Assembly (NCBI GenBank): GCA_039589355.1
Contig: JBDHHM010000001.1
Span: 1 to 38,045, forward strand
Reading direction: 5' to 3'
Source: Gemmatimonadota bacterium
GTDB lineage: Bacteria; Gemmatimonadota; Gemmatimonadetes; Palauibacterales; KS3-K002
DNA: 38,045 nucleotides
Shown one piece after another: positions 1-9,681 of the stretch. The position numbers and the translations under genes are program-made. The notes beneath the pieces are model-generated. The model saw only the letters and a list, made by a program, of their open reading frames with translations, was not told the DNA's origin and ran no database searches. Every line of letters begins with the position of its first letter. The stretch's first letter is position 1.

Positions 1-2105
1 GGTTCCGTTTCCGGTTCCGCCGACATCGCCGCCCGGCGCGAGAGCCGCATGCGGCCGCGGTCGTCGATCGAGATCAACTTGACCTTCACTTTGTCGCCGC
101 GCTTCACGACATCCTCGGTCTTCTCGACCCGGCCCTCCTCAAGCTCGGAGATGTGACAGAGCGCCTCGGTACCCGGGAGGATCTCGACGAAGGCGCCGAA
201 TGACGTTGTGTTCTTCACAACACCGTCGTAGATGCGGCCGATTTCCGGCTCCTGAACGATCCCCTCGACGATCTCACGCGCCCTTTCGCCGGCCTCGCCG
301 GATACCGAGGAGATCGTAATCAGACCGCTGTCCTCGATGTTGACCTCGGCGCCGGTCTCCTCCTCGATCCCCCGAATCGTCTTACCCTTCGGGCCGATCA
401 CCTCACCGATCTTCTCCGGGTTCACCTGCAGCGTGATAATCCGCGGTGCGGTAGGCGACAGATCGGAGCGGGGCTCGGCCAGCGTCTTGTCCATGATATC
501 GAGGATATGATTGCGGGCCTCACGCGCGCGTTCCATTGCCTCGCGCAGCAGCTTCGTCGATAAGCCTTCGATCTTGATGTCCATCTGGACCGAGGTGATC
601 CCTTTGCGGGTCCCGGCGACTTTGAAGTCCATATCACCGAGGTGGTCCTCGATGCCCATTATGTCGGTCAGGATCTCGAACCTATCACCCTCCTTTATCA
701 TGCCCATCGCTACTCCGGCACACGCGGCGCGCACCGGGACGCCCGCCTGCATCAGGGCGAGTGAGCCGCCGCACACCGTCGCCATCGACGAGGAGCCGTT
801 GGACTCGAGGATGTCGCTGACGATGCGTATCGTGTAGGGGAAGTCTTCGTAGGCAGGCAGCAGCGTCTGCAGAGCACGCTCCGCCAGGGCGCCGTGGCCG
901 ATCTCGCGCCGCGACGTACCACGGAACATCCGGACCTCGCCGACCGAGAAAGGCGGGAAGTTGTAGTGGAGCATGAAAGACTTCGACGTCTCCTGCAGGA
1001 CATCGATCGTGTCGATCCGCTGCTCGTCACGGCTGGTCCCGAGGGTTACGACGGACAACGCCTGAGTACTACCGCGGGTGAAGAGCGCCGAGCCGTGTGT
1101 GCGCGGCAGTAGTCCGACCTCGCAGGAAATCGGGCGTACCTCCTCGGGCGCGCGGCCGTCGACCCGCTCCCGCTTCTCGAGGATCTGAGTGCGCAAGGTC
1201 TCGTACTCGATCTGGTCGACGACCTTGTTCACCTGCTCCTCGTAGTTCTCGATCTCCTCGAACTCGCCGGCCAGCTCATCGACGACATCCTTGCGCAGAG
1301 CCGAGACAGCTTCGCTGCGCTCTTCTTTGCTGGGGAGTTTGAGCGCTTCGTCGACGCGTTGCGACGCCAGGTTCTGGACACGGGAGACGAGATCCTCGCT
1401 CAGCGCGGGCGACGTCCACTCCATCTTCGGCTTTGCCAGTGGCTCGACTAGCTCCTTCTGAATCGCGACCAATTCGCGAATTCCCTCGTGCGCGAACTCG
1501 AGTGCATTGACGAGCTCGTCTTCCGAGATCTCGAGGGCACCACCCTCGACCATCACAACGGACTCTTCCGAGCCGGTTACGACCACGTCGACGTCGGAGA
1601 ACTCGAGTTGCTGGAATGTGGGGTTGAGCACCCACTCGCCCTCCAGCCGGCCGACCCGCACGGCCGCAATAGGATACGGGAACGGCACGCTCGACAGGTT
1701 GAGCGCCGTCGACGCGCCTAACAGGCCGAGGACATCGGCATCGTTCTCCTGGTCCGCGGACAGGATAGAGATGACGACCTGAGTCTCGTTGGAGAAGCCC
1801 TTGGGGAAGAGCGGCCGGATCGATCGGTCGATCTGGCGGGCCGAGAGAACCTCCTTCTCGCCCGGCCTGCCCTCACGCTTGAAGAAACCGCCCGGGATCT
1901 TGCCCGCCGCGTAACTTTTCTCGCGGTACTCTACGGTCAGCGGGAAGAAGGGCAGCTTCGTCGGTTTGTCCTCGGCGATGGCCGTAGCGAGTATTGTCGT
2001 CTCGCCGAACTGCACGAGGACGGCGCCGTCCGCCTGTCGGGCCATGCGGCCTGTCTCTAACATCAGAGTCCGGCCGGCGAATTCGCGTTCAATCAGTGTT
2101 GCCAT
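1..2105 (-). CDS. pnp: polynucleotide phosphorylase (PNPase); 3' end runs off the window
   Basis: Absent from the ORF track because there is no stop in the window. Reverse translation from ATG 2105..2103 reads MATLIEREFAGRTLMLETGRMARQADGAVLVQFGETTILATA...FPLTVEYREKSYAAGKIPGGFFKREGRPGEKEVLSARQIDRSIRPLFPKGF. Near the window edge the S1 domain reads SFGAFVEILPGTEALCHISELEEGRVEK. The rpsO-pnp order is classical. Confidence 0.93.
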   Translation of the reverse strand, partial: MATLIEREFAGRTLMLETGRMARQADGAVLVQFGETTILATAIAEDKPTKLPFFPLTVEYREKSYAAGKIPGGFFKREGRPGEKEVLSARQIDRSIRPLFPKGFSNETQVVISILSADQENDADVLGLLGASTALNLSSVPFPYPIAAVRVGRLEGEWVLNPTFQQLEFSDVDVVVTGSEESVVMVEGGALEISEDELVNALEFAHEGIRELVAIQKELVEPLAKPKMEWTSPALSEDLVSRVQNLASQRVDEALKLPSKEERSEAVSALRKDVVDELAGEFEEIENYEEQVNKVVDQIEYETLRTQILEKRERVDGRAPEEVRPISCEVGLLPRTHGSALFTRGSTQALSVVTLGTSRDEQRIDTIDVLQETSKSFMLHYNFPPFSVGEVRMFRGTSRREIGHGALAERALQTLLPAYEDFPYTIRIVSDILESNGSSSMATVCGGSLALMQAGVPVRAACAGVAMGMIKEGDRFEILTDIMGIEDHLGDMDFKVAGTRKGITSVQMDIKIEGLSTKLLREAMERAREARNHILDIMDKTLAEPRSDLSPTAPRIITLQVNPEKIGEVIGPKGKTIRGIEEETGAEVNIEDSGLITISSVSGEAGERAREIVEGIVQEPEIGRIYDGVVKNTTSFGAFVEILPGTEALCHISELEEGRVEKTEDVVKRGDKVKVKLISIDDRGRMRLSRRAAMSAEPETE

Positions 2106-2151
2106 GGTTTCCGCTATTTCCTTACTGCTAAGAGGTAGTTGAATAGGAAAC

Positions 2152-2173
2152 GCCTCCGAGGGTCATCGGGGGC
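2152..2173 (-). terminator. weak hairpin between rpsO and pnp (possible rpsO terminator or pnp leader structure)
   Basis: The minus-sense RNA GCCCCCGA-UGACCC-UCGGAGGC forms an 8-bp stem with one C.A mismatch, followed by GUUUCCUAUU. It sits where E. coli has the rpsO terminator and pnp leader. The structure is imperfect. Confidence 0.25.
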
Positions 2174-2181
2174 TTCTCCGT

Positions 2182-2451
2182 CTATCCGCGCAGGCCCAGA
2201 TCCTTGACCAACTGTCTGTAAGCCTCGGGGCTAGTTCGGTTGAGATATCGAAGCAGCCGGCGCCGTCTGCCAACCCACTTGAGGAGTCCCTGGCGGCTGT
2301 GGTGATCCTTCGGGTGCTGCCGGAGATGCTCCGTGAGATCAGCGATCCTCTGGGTGAGCAGTGCGATCTGCACCGGTGTCGAACCACGATCAGCGGGACT
2401 TTTCCGGTACTTCTCAATGAGCGCTTCGCGCTCTTCCTTGGTTATTACCAT
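2182..2451 (-). CDS. rpsO: 30S ribosomal protein S15
   Basis: 89 aa. The translation [48 protein letters not shown] is the typical S15 signature. ATG start. Confidence 0.97.
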   Translation of the reverse strand: MVITKEEREALIEKYRKSPADRGSTPVQIALLTQRIADLTEHLRQHPKDHHSRQGLLKWVGRRRRLLRYLNRTSPEAYRQLVKDLGLRG

Positions 2452-2521
2452 CCTGTAGCGACTTTCTGGCTAGAAGAGCCCGGCCGCAGCCGGTTTCCAC
2501 TGTCTAGATAGACCGACAAAG

Positions 2522-3481
2522 TTATTCCGACCGCCTGTCCATGTAAAGGCGGCCCTGCCGGAAGAAGTCCACCGCCGCCTCCCGGTCCCGCCTCATCTGC
2601 GCGACCAGCTCGGAGGCCGAGGCGAAGGGTTGGACGTCGCGCAGCCGGGCGAGGAACGCGACCTGCACCAGCTCGCCGTATAGGTCACCGTCGAAATCGA
2701 GCAGGTGCAGCTCGATCGACGGCGGCGACCCACGGAAAGTCGGTCGCGGGCCCAGGTGCAGCAGGCCGGGCCCATGGTGCGACCGAGAGGCGGCACTTAC
2801 CGCGTAGATTCCGTCGCGCGGCAGAAGCTTGTCGCCGTGGCCGACGGCTACGTTGGCCGTGGCGAAGCCGAGCGTGCGGCCGCGTCCCTCACCGTGAACG
2901 ACGACCCCGGTCAGCGAGTAGGGACGACCGAGCCCCCTGGCGGCCCGCTCGACGTCTCCCGCCTGCAGGGCACTGCGGATGCGGCTGGATGAGATGGTCT
3001 CGTCGTTCATCAGCGCCGGCCTCAGCACCTCGACATCGAAGCCGAAGCGCGCCCCGATCTCGCGCATCGTCTCGGCGTTTCCGCTGCGATCCCGACCGAA
3101 ACCGTGGTCATGGCCCACGACCAATCGCTTCAGACGGAAGCGCTCCAGCAGCACGTCACGAACGAACTCCTCCGGGAGGTAGAGGGATAGCGATCGGGTG
3201 AAACCCAGGAAGACGGCATAATCGATTCCCGAGAGCGACAGGATCTCCTTCTTCTCGTTCGGCGTGGTGAGGAGGCGCGGCGCGTTCTCGGGCCGAACGA
3301 TCTTCAGCGGGTGAGGGTCAAAAGTGACCAGCACACTGTGTAGGTCTTCCTCGCGAGCCGCCTCGCACAGACGCTGCAGCACGGCCCAGTGCCCGCGATG
3401 CACCCCATCGAACGTGCCGACCGTGATTGCGGCGCCCCGCGCGTGGGCCGGCAGCCCGTGATTCTCAGCCGTGTGCTCCAA
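2522..3481 (-). CDS. ribF: bifunctional riboflavin kinase / FMN adenylyltransferase
   Basis: 319 aa. N-terminal nucleotidyltransferase motif GTFDGVHRGHWAVL. C-terminal riboflavin-kinase region GRTLGFATANV...GIYAV...GPRPTF...IELHLLDFDGDLYG. The ORF-track start is TTG; the exact start is uncertain. Confidence 0.93.
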   Translation of the reverse strand: MEHTAENHGLPAHARGAAITVGTFDGVHRGHWAVLQRLCEAAREEDLHSVLVTFDPHPLKIVRPENAPRLLTTPNEKKEILSLSGIDYAVFLGFTRSLSLYLPEEFVRDVLLERFRLKRLVVGHDHGFGRDRSGNAETMREIGARFGFDVEVLRPALMNDETISSSRIRSALQAGDVERAARGLGRPYSLTGVVVHGEGRGRTLGFATANVAVGHGDKLLPRDGIYAVSAASRSHHGPGLLHLGPRPTFRGSPPSIELHLLDFDGDLYGELVQVAFLARLRDVQPFASASELVAQMRRDREAAVDFFRQGRLYMDRRSE

Positions 3482-3501
3482 CTACCTGATTCCCCTCCCG
3501 C

Positions 3502-4369
3502 TCAATCGGACGGCGCTCCAAACACCTTTCTCGGCCATAATCGACTCTCCCGCTGCTCGACGATCGCCACCAGGTAGCCATCCACGAAAGCGGCGGCCGG
3601 GCCTTCTAGCTGCTCCCTGCCCCAGCTCGCCGGCCGGCCGTGACGGAAGCCATCTGCGGTCTCAACGTCGAGATCCAATCGCTCGAGGCCCGCCACCGCT
3701 TCTTCGGGCGGTCGCAGCTGCACACCGATTTCGTCCGCCGATATGTCACGATCCAGTTGAATCGCGGCGTCGACGCTGAACTCCCCTATCCGCAGCCTGC
3801 GCAACTCGGCGAGATGCCCTCCGACGCCTAGCGCCTCACCCACGTCCCGGGCAATCGCACGTATATATGTGCCGCTGGAGCACGCGACCTCAACGCACAC
3901 ATCGGGCAGCGACAGGTCGCGAAGCTCGATGCTTCGAACCGTCACCCGCTGCGGTTCGCCGGCCCGAGAGCTTTTTGGCTGAAAACGCCGGTGGAAGCTG
4001 CTCGATCTCACCCACCTGGGCCTCCAGCACCCGCCGTATTGCAGCCGCGTCGAGCTTGCGCCAGTCGTCGCTCCGTCCGATTACCGTTCCTGTCCGATCG
4101 TCGCTGTCGGTGCGCTCACCCAAGCGAATGACACCGCGGTAGATCTTGGGCAACGGGGTCAGGTATTCTGCTAGGCGGGTCGCCCAGCCGACGCAGAGCA
4201 GGAGCAGGCCGCTGGCGAACGGGTCGAGTGTTCCGGTGTGGCCGACGCGCCGCACCCCGGTGACTCGACGCACGATCTCGGCCATATCGTGCGATGTAGG
4301 GCCTTCCGGTTTGTCGACCAGGAGCAGGCCAACCGCGTCAGCCCCCATCCTCTTCCTCTGGCGGCTCAT
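3502..4369 (-). pseudogene. truB: tRNA pseudouridine(55) synthase TruB, interrupted by a frameshift and apparently a short internal deletion
   Basis: Two overlapping ORFs lie in different frames. ORF 4369..3890 has the N-terminus with LLVDKPEGPTSHD and the catalytic-Asp motif HTGTLDPFASG, reading through to QLPPAFSAKKLSGRR and then nonsense. ORF 4011..3502 carries RAGEPQRVTVRSIELRD...SSGTYIRAIARDVG plus a PUA-like C-terminus. The frame switch is near the A5 run at 3972..3976. It could be a sequencing or assembly error. Confidence 0.6.
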
Positions 4370-4718
4370 CCGGCAGATCGATCTCGGCCAGCAACTCGTG
4401 GATGCGGGCCGCCCGCTCCTGGGTTCGGTCGATCTCGAAATGCAGCTCGGGGGTCCGGCGAATTCTCAGGCCGCGCCCGATCCGGGAGCGGATGAACCCG
4501 GCGGCGCTGGCCAGCCCTGCGATCGCCTCCGCTTTCCGCGTCTCGTCTCCATATACCTGGACGTAGACGGTTGCTTCCTTCAGATCGGGCGTGACTACGA
4601 CGTCGCTGACTGTGACCTCTCCTATGCGAACGTCTTTGACCTCGCGCTGAAGCAGACGCGAGATCTCTTCTTTCAGCAGCGGACGCAGTCTCTGGGTACG
4701 GGAGTACTCTTTCTTCAT
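4338..4718 (-). CDS. rbfA: ribosome-binding factor A
   Basis: I used the internal ATG at 4718..4716 of the 225-aa track ORF. The product MKKEYSRTQRLRPLLKEEISRLLQREVKDVRIGEVTVSDVVVTPDLKEATVYV is the typical RbfA N-terminus. The upstream 99 codons overlap the DUF503 gene and are Arg/Gly-rich noise. Confidence 0.9.
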   Translation of the reverse strand: MKKEYSRTQRLRPLLKEEISRLLQREVKDVRIGEVTVSDVVVTPDLKEATVYVQVYGDETRKAEAIAGLASAAGFIRSRIGRGLRIRRTPELHFEIDRTQERAARIHELLAEIDLPDEPPEEEDGG

Positions 4719-4774
4719 CGAATCACAGAAAAAACGGCTGCAGCCATCCCCACCATCCGGACGAGTAGTCGGAC

Positions 4775-5056
4775 TCAGTAGAAGTAGGTGGCGCTGTCGA
4801 TGATGCGAACTCGAGGCTCCGAAGCGACTACCGAGTCGACGCGGCTCAGCACCTCGTCCGCCCGTCGCCGATCGGTGGACACGGTGGCGGCGCAGAGTTC
4901 CGCTCTCTGCCATCTGTCCTGATAGTCCGTCTCGGCCACCGCGACGTTGTGGCGTCCGCGGAGCCGATCCTTGAGGCTCCTTAGTATCGACCGCTTCTGC
5001 TTCAGGGAGGAACACCCGTCAAGGTGAAGCTCCCAGGCTATCACGCCTGTGACCAC
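4775..5056 (-). CDS. DUF503 (YlxP-like) protein
   Basis: 93 aa. The pattern CSSLKQKRSILRSLKDRLRGRHNVAVAETDYQDRWQRAEL matches the DUF503 pattern. The position between infB and rbfA is the conserved one. GTG start. Confidence 0.85.
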   Translation of the reverse strand: MVTGVIAWELHLDGCSSLKQKRSILRSLKDRLRGRHNVAVAETDYQDRWQRAELCAATVSTDRRRADEVLSRVDSVVASEPRVRIIDSATYFY

Positions 5057-5103
5057 GGCAGTTCGAGGGTCGGGCCGTGCGCGTCGCGCACAGCGAGCTG
5101 TGG

Positions 5104-7767
5104 CTACTTCTTCGCTTCCGATTCACCTTCGCCGGAAACGCCGACCTGCGCCACGCCGCCGTCCGAAGCGCGGGCGCCGTCCAACGTGCGTGCTATCTGC
5201 TCGATCCGGAAGGCCTCGAGAATGTCGCCGACCTTCACGTCGTTGAAGTTCTCGACCGACATACCGCACTCGTAGCCCGCCCTCACCTCTTTGACGTCGT
5301 CCTTGAACCTCTTCAAGCTGGCGAGCTTGCCCTCGTAGATGACGACGTGTTCGCGCAGTACGCGGATACGAGCGTTCCGATCGATGACGCCCTCGCTGAC
5401 GTAACAGCCGGCGACCGTTCCGGTCTTGGGCACCTTGAACAACTGCCGGACCTCCGCCGCGCCGACGATGACCTCCTTCTCCTCCGGAGCGAGCATCCCC
5501 TCGAGCGCCGCTCTCACTTCCTCGGCGGCCTCGTAGATGACACGGTAGGAGCGAATATCGACACCCTCGCGCTCGGCCAGCTCGCGGGCACCGCGGTCCG
5601 GGCGTACGTGGAAGCCAATGATGATCGCGCCGCTGGTCTGGGCCAGCAGCACATCGCTCACGTTCACAGCGCCGACGCTCCGGTGGATTACTCTGACCTC
5701 GACCTCGTCGGTGGACAGGCGCTCGAGCTCGTCCGACAACGCCTGGACGGAGCCGTCGGTGTCGCCTTTGATGATGAGTAGGAGCTGGGTCCTCTCGCCT
5801 GCCTGCACGGCCTCGAATATGTCCTCGAGGCGGCCGACCTGGCTCCTGCGGCGGAAATCCCGCTCGCGCTCTATTTGCTGGCGCTTGCCGGTGATCTCAC
5901 GGGCGCGCTCGTACTCGAGGACGATCAGGCTGTCACCGGCCTGCGGAACACCTTCGAAGCCGAGCACGCGGGCGGGTATCCCCGGTGTGCCGAGCTTGAT
6001 GGTGTGGCCACGCTCATCGAGTAGCGCCCGGACGCGGCCGGCGTGGACGCCGCAGACGAAGCCGTCGCCGACCGTGAGCGTCCCCTCGGCGATCAGGACG
6101 GTGGCCACGGGGCCCATGCCCTTATCGAGCTCGGCTTCGATGACTGTGCCGCGGGCGGCGAGCCCCGGATCGGCGTTGAGCTCGAGCATATCGGACTGCA
6201 GCAGGATTTTTTCGAGCAGGTCGTCGATCCCCTGGCCCGTCTTGGCGGAGATCTCGGCGCTCAACACTTCGCCACCGAAGTCCTCGATCACGACCTCGTG
6301 CTCGAGCAGCTCCCGCTTGACCTTGATCGGGTCCGCCGCCGGCAGGTCGATCTTGTTGACGGCGACGATGACCGGCTTGCCGGCGTTCTTGGCATGACTG
6401 ATCGCCTCTCTGGTCTGAGGCATCACGCCGTCGTCGGCGGCGACGACGAGAATCACGATGTCGGTGACATCCGCGCCGCGGGCACGCATCGCTGTGAACG
6501 CGGCGTGGCCCGGTGTGTCGAGAAACGTGATGCTGCGGTCTCCGTCCACTTCGACGTGGTAGGCACCGACGTGCTGGGTGATGCCGCCGGCCTCGCCGGC
6601 GATCACGTTGGTCTTGCGGATGTGGTCGAGCAGTAACGTCTTACCGTGGTCGACGTGACCCATTACGGTGACGACGGGCGGCCTCGCGGTGAGACGCTCG
6701 GGATCCGCCAGCTGCACCTCACCGATAACGTCGGCGTCGTACTCATCCTCACGAGCGGCTGTGAACCCGAGCTCCTCGGTGATCAACTCGATCTGATCGT
6801 AGTCGAGCCGCTGGTTGATGGTGACCATCATCTCGAGATTCTTGAAGGCCGAAGTGATGATCTCGTTAGGCGGGACCCCCATGAGGTCCGCCAGTTCGGC
6901 AACGGTTAGGAACTCGGGCACACGTACCGTGGTACGTTCCTCTTCCGCCCGCTGGGCGGCCTCGGCCGCCTCACGCTCGGTTCTCTCAGAGACATCGCGG
7001 CGCCGCCGGCGCGTCGGCGCCGGGCCCTCCATCTTGGCGAGCGTTCGCCGGATGTTCTGCGCCACCGCGACCTGATCGACTCGTGGCTGCTTCTTCTTCT
7101 TGCGACCGCGCCGGCGGCGGCGCCCGTCGAGCGTGTAGCCCTCTGCCTGGATGCGGACGACGCCCGCCGCCGCCTTCGGCGCCTCCCGCACCTCACGAAA
7201 TACCGGGGTCGGAGGCGGCGGCCGTAGCGCCGCTGGCTCGGCCACGGCCTCCGCCGCGACCTCGGGCACCTCGTCGTCGGTGGGCACCGCTGCTTCAGGG
7301 ACGCCCTCTTCCGCCGTGGGCGGCGCCTCCGCGGCGACCGGTTCCACATCCTCGTCTGTCGGAACAGGCTCGAGCCCAGGCCAGAGGCTGACCTCACGGA
7401 CCTCAGCCGCGATCTCCATCCCCGGCGCCTCTTCAAGCTCTGCCGGTTCCTCGACACCGATCGCCTGTTCCGCCACCTCAGCCAGTTCCTCGGCCGCTAC
7501 TTCGACCAGGTCGGGCTTCTCCACGACGCGACGACGGCGACGCCGATGTGCCGCGGCATCCGCTTTTCCGCCCTTCTTGTCTGGCCGACGTTTGTCCCGC
7601 TCCAGCCGCGTGCGGGCGCGGGCGACCTGTCCCTCATCCAACGCGGACATGTGGCTGCGGACGGGGATGTCCATCTCCCTGAGCAGGTGGATCAAGCTTT
7701 CGCTCTTGATCTCGAATTCCTTCGCCAGCTCGTAGACCCGCATCTTCGCCAAGGGTGAAACCCTCAC
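5104..7767 (-). CDS. infB: translation initiation factor IF-2
   Basis: 887 aa. IF2_N motif [10 protein letters not shown]. GTPase motifs [26 protein letters not shown]. Long Glu/Ala/Pro/Val-rich linker. The start may be GTG 7767 (GTGA overlap with the upstream stop) or ATG 7743 ([10 protein letters not shown]). Confidence 0.96.
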   Translation of the reverse strand: MRVSPLAKMRVYELAKEFEIKSESLIHLLREMDIPVRSHMSALDEGQVARARTRLERDKRRPDKKGGKADAAAHRRRRRRVVEKPDLVEVAAEELAEVAEQAIGVEEPAELEEAPGMEIAAEVREVSLWPGLEPVPTDEDVEPVAAEAPPTAEEGVPEAAVPTDDEVPEVAAEAVAEPAALRPPPPTPVFREVREAPKAAAGVVRIQAEGYTLDGRRRRRGRKKKKQPRVDQVAVAQNIRRTLAKMEGPAPTRRRRRDVSERTEREAAEAAQRAEEERTTVRVPEFLTVAELADLMGVPPNEIITSAFKNLEMMVTINQRLDYDQIELITEELGFTAAREDEYDADVIGEVQLADPERLTARPPVVTVMGHVDHGKTLLLDHIRKTNVIAGEAGGITQHVGAYHVEVDGDRSITFLDTPGHAAFTAMRARGADVTDIVILVVAADDGVMPQTREAISHAKNAGKPVIVAVNKIDLPAADPIKVKRELLEHEVVIEDFGGEVLSAEISAKTGQGIDDLLEKILLQSDMLELNADPGLAARGTVIEAELDKGMGPVATVLIAEGTLTVGDGFVCGVHAGRVRALLDERGHTIKLGTPGIPARVLGFEGVPQAGDSLIVLEYERAREITGKRQQIERERDFRRRSQVGRLEDIFEAVQAGERTQLLLIIKGDTDGSVQALSDELERLSTDEVEVRVIHRSVGAVNVSDVLLAQTSGAIIIGFHVRPDRGARELAEREGVDIRSYRVIYEAAEEVRAALEGMLAPEEKEVIVGAAEVRQLFKVPKTGTVAGCYVSEGVIDRNARIRVLREHVVIYEGKLASLKRFKDDVKEVRAGYECGMSVENFNDVKVGDILEAFRIEQIARTLDGARASDGGVAQVGVSGEGESEAKK

Positions 7768-8075
7768 CTGTCGGTAACCGCCATCACGACGACCCGCTCC
7801 CGTCCTACCGCGCGTCCCAGACGCTCACCGTCGAGGACGACGACCTTCGGCGGCGCATCGCCGGCGAAGAGTCGCTCCAGCTTGCGCCTTACACTGTCCG
7901 GCGCATCGCCGGCGACCACAACGGCCGCGGCTTCCCCGTTGCTCACCGCCCGCGTCACCGCTTCCAACCCAAGCCGCAGGCGGCCGGCCCGCGCGGCCAG
8001 GCCCAGACTACTCAACAGGCGGCCCGTTGCCTCAGACTTGCTCGTCCGACTCACCCTCTGCGACCACCTCGACAT
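7764..8075 (-). CDS. L7Ae/YlxQ-like RNA-binding protein (start uncertain)
   Basis: LLSSLGLAARAGRLRLGLEAVTRAVSNGEAAAVVVAGDAPDSVRRKL resembles YlxQ/L7Ae-family proteins that sit between nusA and infB. The track ORF extends to 8120 and overlaps the nusA 3' end. Candidate starts are ATG 8075, a downstream GTG and a TTG. Confidence 0.65.
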   Translation of the reverse strand: MSRWSQRVSRTSKSEATGRLLSSLGLAARAGRLRLGLEAVTRAVSNGEAAAVVVAGDAPDSVRRKLERLFAGDAPPKVVVLDGERLGRAVGRERVVVMAVTDR

Positions 8076-9615
8076 CCGCCTCGGCCGCCGGCGCGACTTC
8101 CTCGACCGTCGCAGCTGCATCTTCGGCGGTCACTTCCTCCTGCTCGGTCGGCTCGCCGTTGCCGGTGGCGGCGACCGCTACTTCGCCGCCCTCCGCGGTT
8201 TCCGGCTCGAGCGAGTCGGAGGCCTCCGCGGCAGCCTCCTCGACTTCATCCTCGATATCCGGAAACGGCCCGCCCGTCGCCACCGGCTTGGCATGAGCCG
8301 GCATCTTCTCCGACAGCTCGACCGGCTCCTCGACGATAGTAAGCTCCTCGATCAGCTTCTCCAGGAGCTCGGCATCCTCGGGGTTTAGCCCGGCTATCCG
8401 CAGGAAGTCGTCGCGCTCCAGATCGATGATGTTGAGGAACGTCTCATGGCCCGCAGCCTGGAGTGACGCCAGCACGGCAGGCGGAATATCGAGCTCGGCG
8501 AGCGGGAAGTCCGCCGCCCGTTCTTCCTCTTCGCCGCCGCCGAACAGAGCGACCTGAGCCCCACGCTCCATCCACTCGCGACTCGAATAGAGATCGATCT
8601 GCCAGCCGATAAGCTGGGATGCGAGCCGCACGTTCTGACCGTTCCGCCCGATGGCGAGCGAGAGCTGGTCCTCGTCGACGATCGCGGTGACGACCTTCTG
8701 CTCGGTCTCGGAGATGACTTTCGCCACCTTGGCCGGAGCCAGCGCGCGCTTCGCGTATATCTCCGGATCCGGGTGCCAGGGGACGATGTCGATCCGCTCG
8801 CCGCTCATCTCAGAGACGACGGCCTGGACGCGTGAACCCTTGAGCCCGACACAGGCGCCGACCGGATCGATCGAATCGTCGTTGGAGACTACGGCGATCT
8901 TCGTTCGGCCGCCGGCCTCACGGGCCATGTCGATGATCTTCACCACGCCCTGGTAGATCTCCGGCACCTCCAACTTGAAGAGCGCGGCCACGAAGCCCGG
9001 GTCGGCGCGCGAGAGTATCAGACGTGGACCCTTGGGCGTCTCTTCCAGCTTCTTGAGGACGGCGCGGATCGGCTCGCCCTGTCGGAAGCGCTCGCGCGGA
9101 TTCTGTTCGCGCCAGGGGATGATCGCCTCGGCCTCACGCAGCACGTTGAGCATCACCACGAGCTTGCCCCGCTCGGTGGCCTGTACTTCACCGGACAACA
9201 GCTCGCCGATCTTGTCGGCGAACTCTTCGCGTATGCGGTTGCGCTCACCCTCGCGTACACGCTGGATTATCCTCTGCTTTGCGGCGAGCACTGCGGTGCG
9301 CCCGAACTCGGAGAACTCTACCGGGATCTCGAGCAGGTCGCCGACCTGGAAGTCGGGGTCATCCCAGCGCGCTTCTTCGACACTCACCTCGCGGGAGGGA
9401 TCGATTACTTCGGCGACCACCTCCTTGAGGACTATGATGTCGATTTTGCCTTTTTCTTCATGGATGATGATCTCGGCCTGCACGTTGGGGCCGTATCGCT
9501 TCGCGAGAGCCGCGTGAATCCCATCTTTGATCAAGTCGTGCAGCTCATCGCGCGACAGCGACTTGTGCGCCGTCATCACTCGAAAGGCTTCTAGAACCTG
9601 TGACGCGTTGGCCAT
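8032..9615 (-). CDS. nusA: transcription termination/antitermination factor NusA with acidic C-terminal tail
   Basis: 527 aa. The N-terminal domain, S1 and two KH regions are recognisable (GACVGLKGSRVQAVVSEMSGERIDIV, AIGRNGQNVRLASQLIGWQIDL). There is an HhH-like repeat and then an Glu/Ala/Val-rich tail. An AAGGGAG SD lies 10 nt before the ATG. Confidence 0.96.
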   Translation of the reverse strand: MANASQVLEAFRVMTAHKSLSRDELHDLIKDGIHAALAKRYGPNVQAEIIIHEEKGKIDIIVLKEVVAEVIDPSREVSVEEARWDDPDFQVGDLLEIPVEFSEFGRTAVLAAKQRIIQRVREGERNRIREEFADKIGELLSGEVQATERGKLVVMLNVLREAEAIIPWREQNPRERFRQGEPIRAVLKKLEETPKGPRLILSRADPGFVAALFKLEVPEIYQGVVKIIDMAREAGGRTKIAVVSNDDSIDPVGACVGLKGSRVQAVVSEMSGERIDIVPWHPDPEIYAKRALAPAKVAKVISETEQKVVTAIVDEDQLSLAIGRNGQNVRLASQLIGWQIDLYSSREWMERGAQVALFGGGEEEERAADFPLAELDIPPAVLASLQAAGHETFLNIIDLERDDFLRIAGLNPEDAELLEKLIEELTIVEEPVELSEKMPAHAKPVATGGPFPDIEDEVEEAAAEASDSLEPETAEGGEVAVAATGNGEPTEQEEVTAEDAAATVEEVAPAAEADVEVVAEGESDEQV

Positions 9616-9681
9616 CCGTTTGATGCTCCCTTGCTCTCTGCCATGCCCCTACTCATCGGGGACTCTACTCTTAGCTCCATC

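Noticed and set aside
4719-5015. N-terminal 99-codon extension of the rbfA ORF (track ORF 4338..5015)
   Set aside because: The extension overlaps the DUF503 gene in another frame and is Arg/Gly-rich. The canonical RbfA N-terminus begins at the internal ATG 4718.
6906-7735. Several 100-194-aa Arg/Pro/Ser/Ala-rich ORFs on both strands (6906..7457 minus, 7083..7391 plus, 7151..7735 plus)
   Set aside because: They overlap the low-complexity N-terminal linker of infB, either out of frame or antisense. Their composition simply mirrors the GAG/GCC/CCG-rich repeats of that linker.
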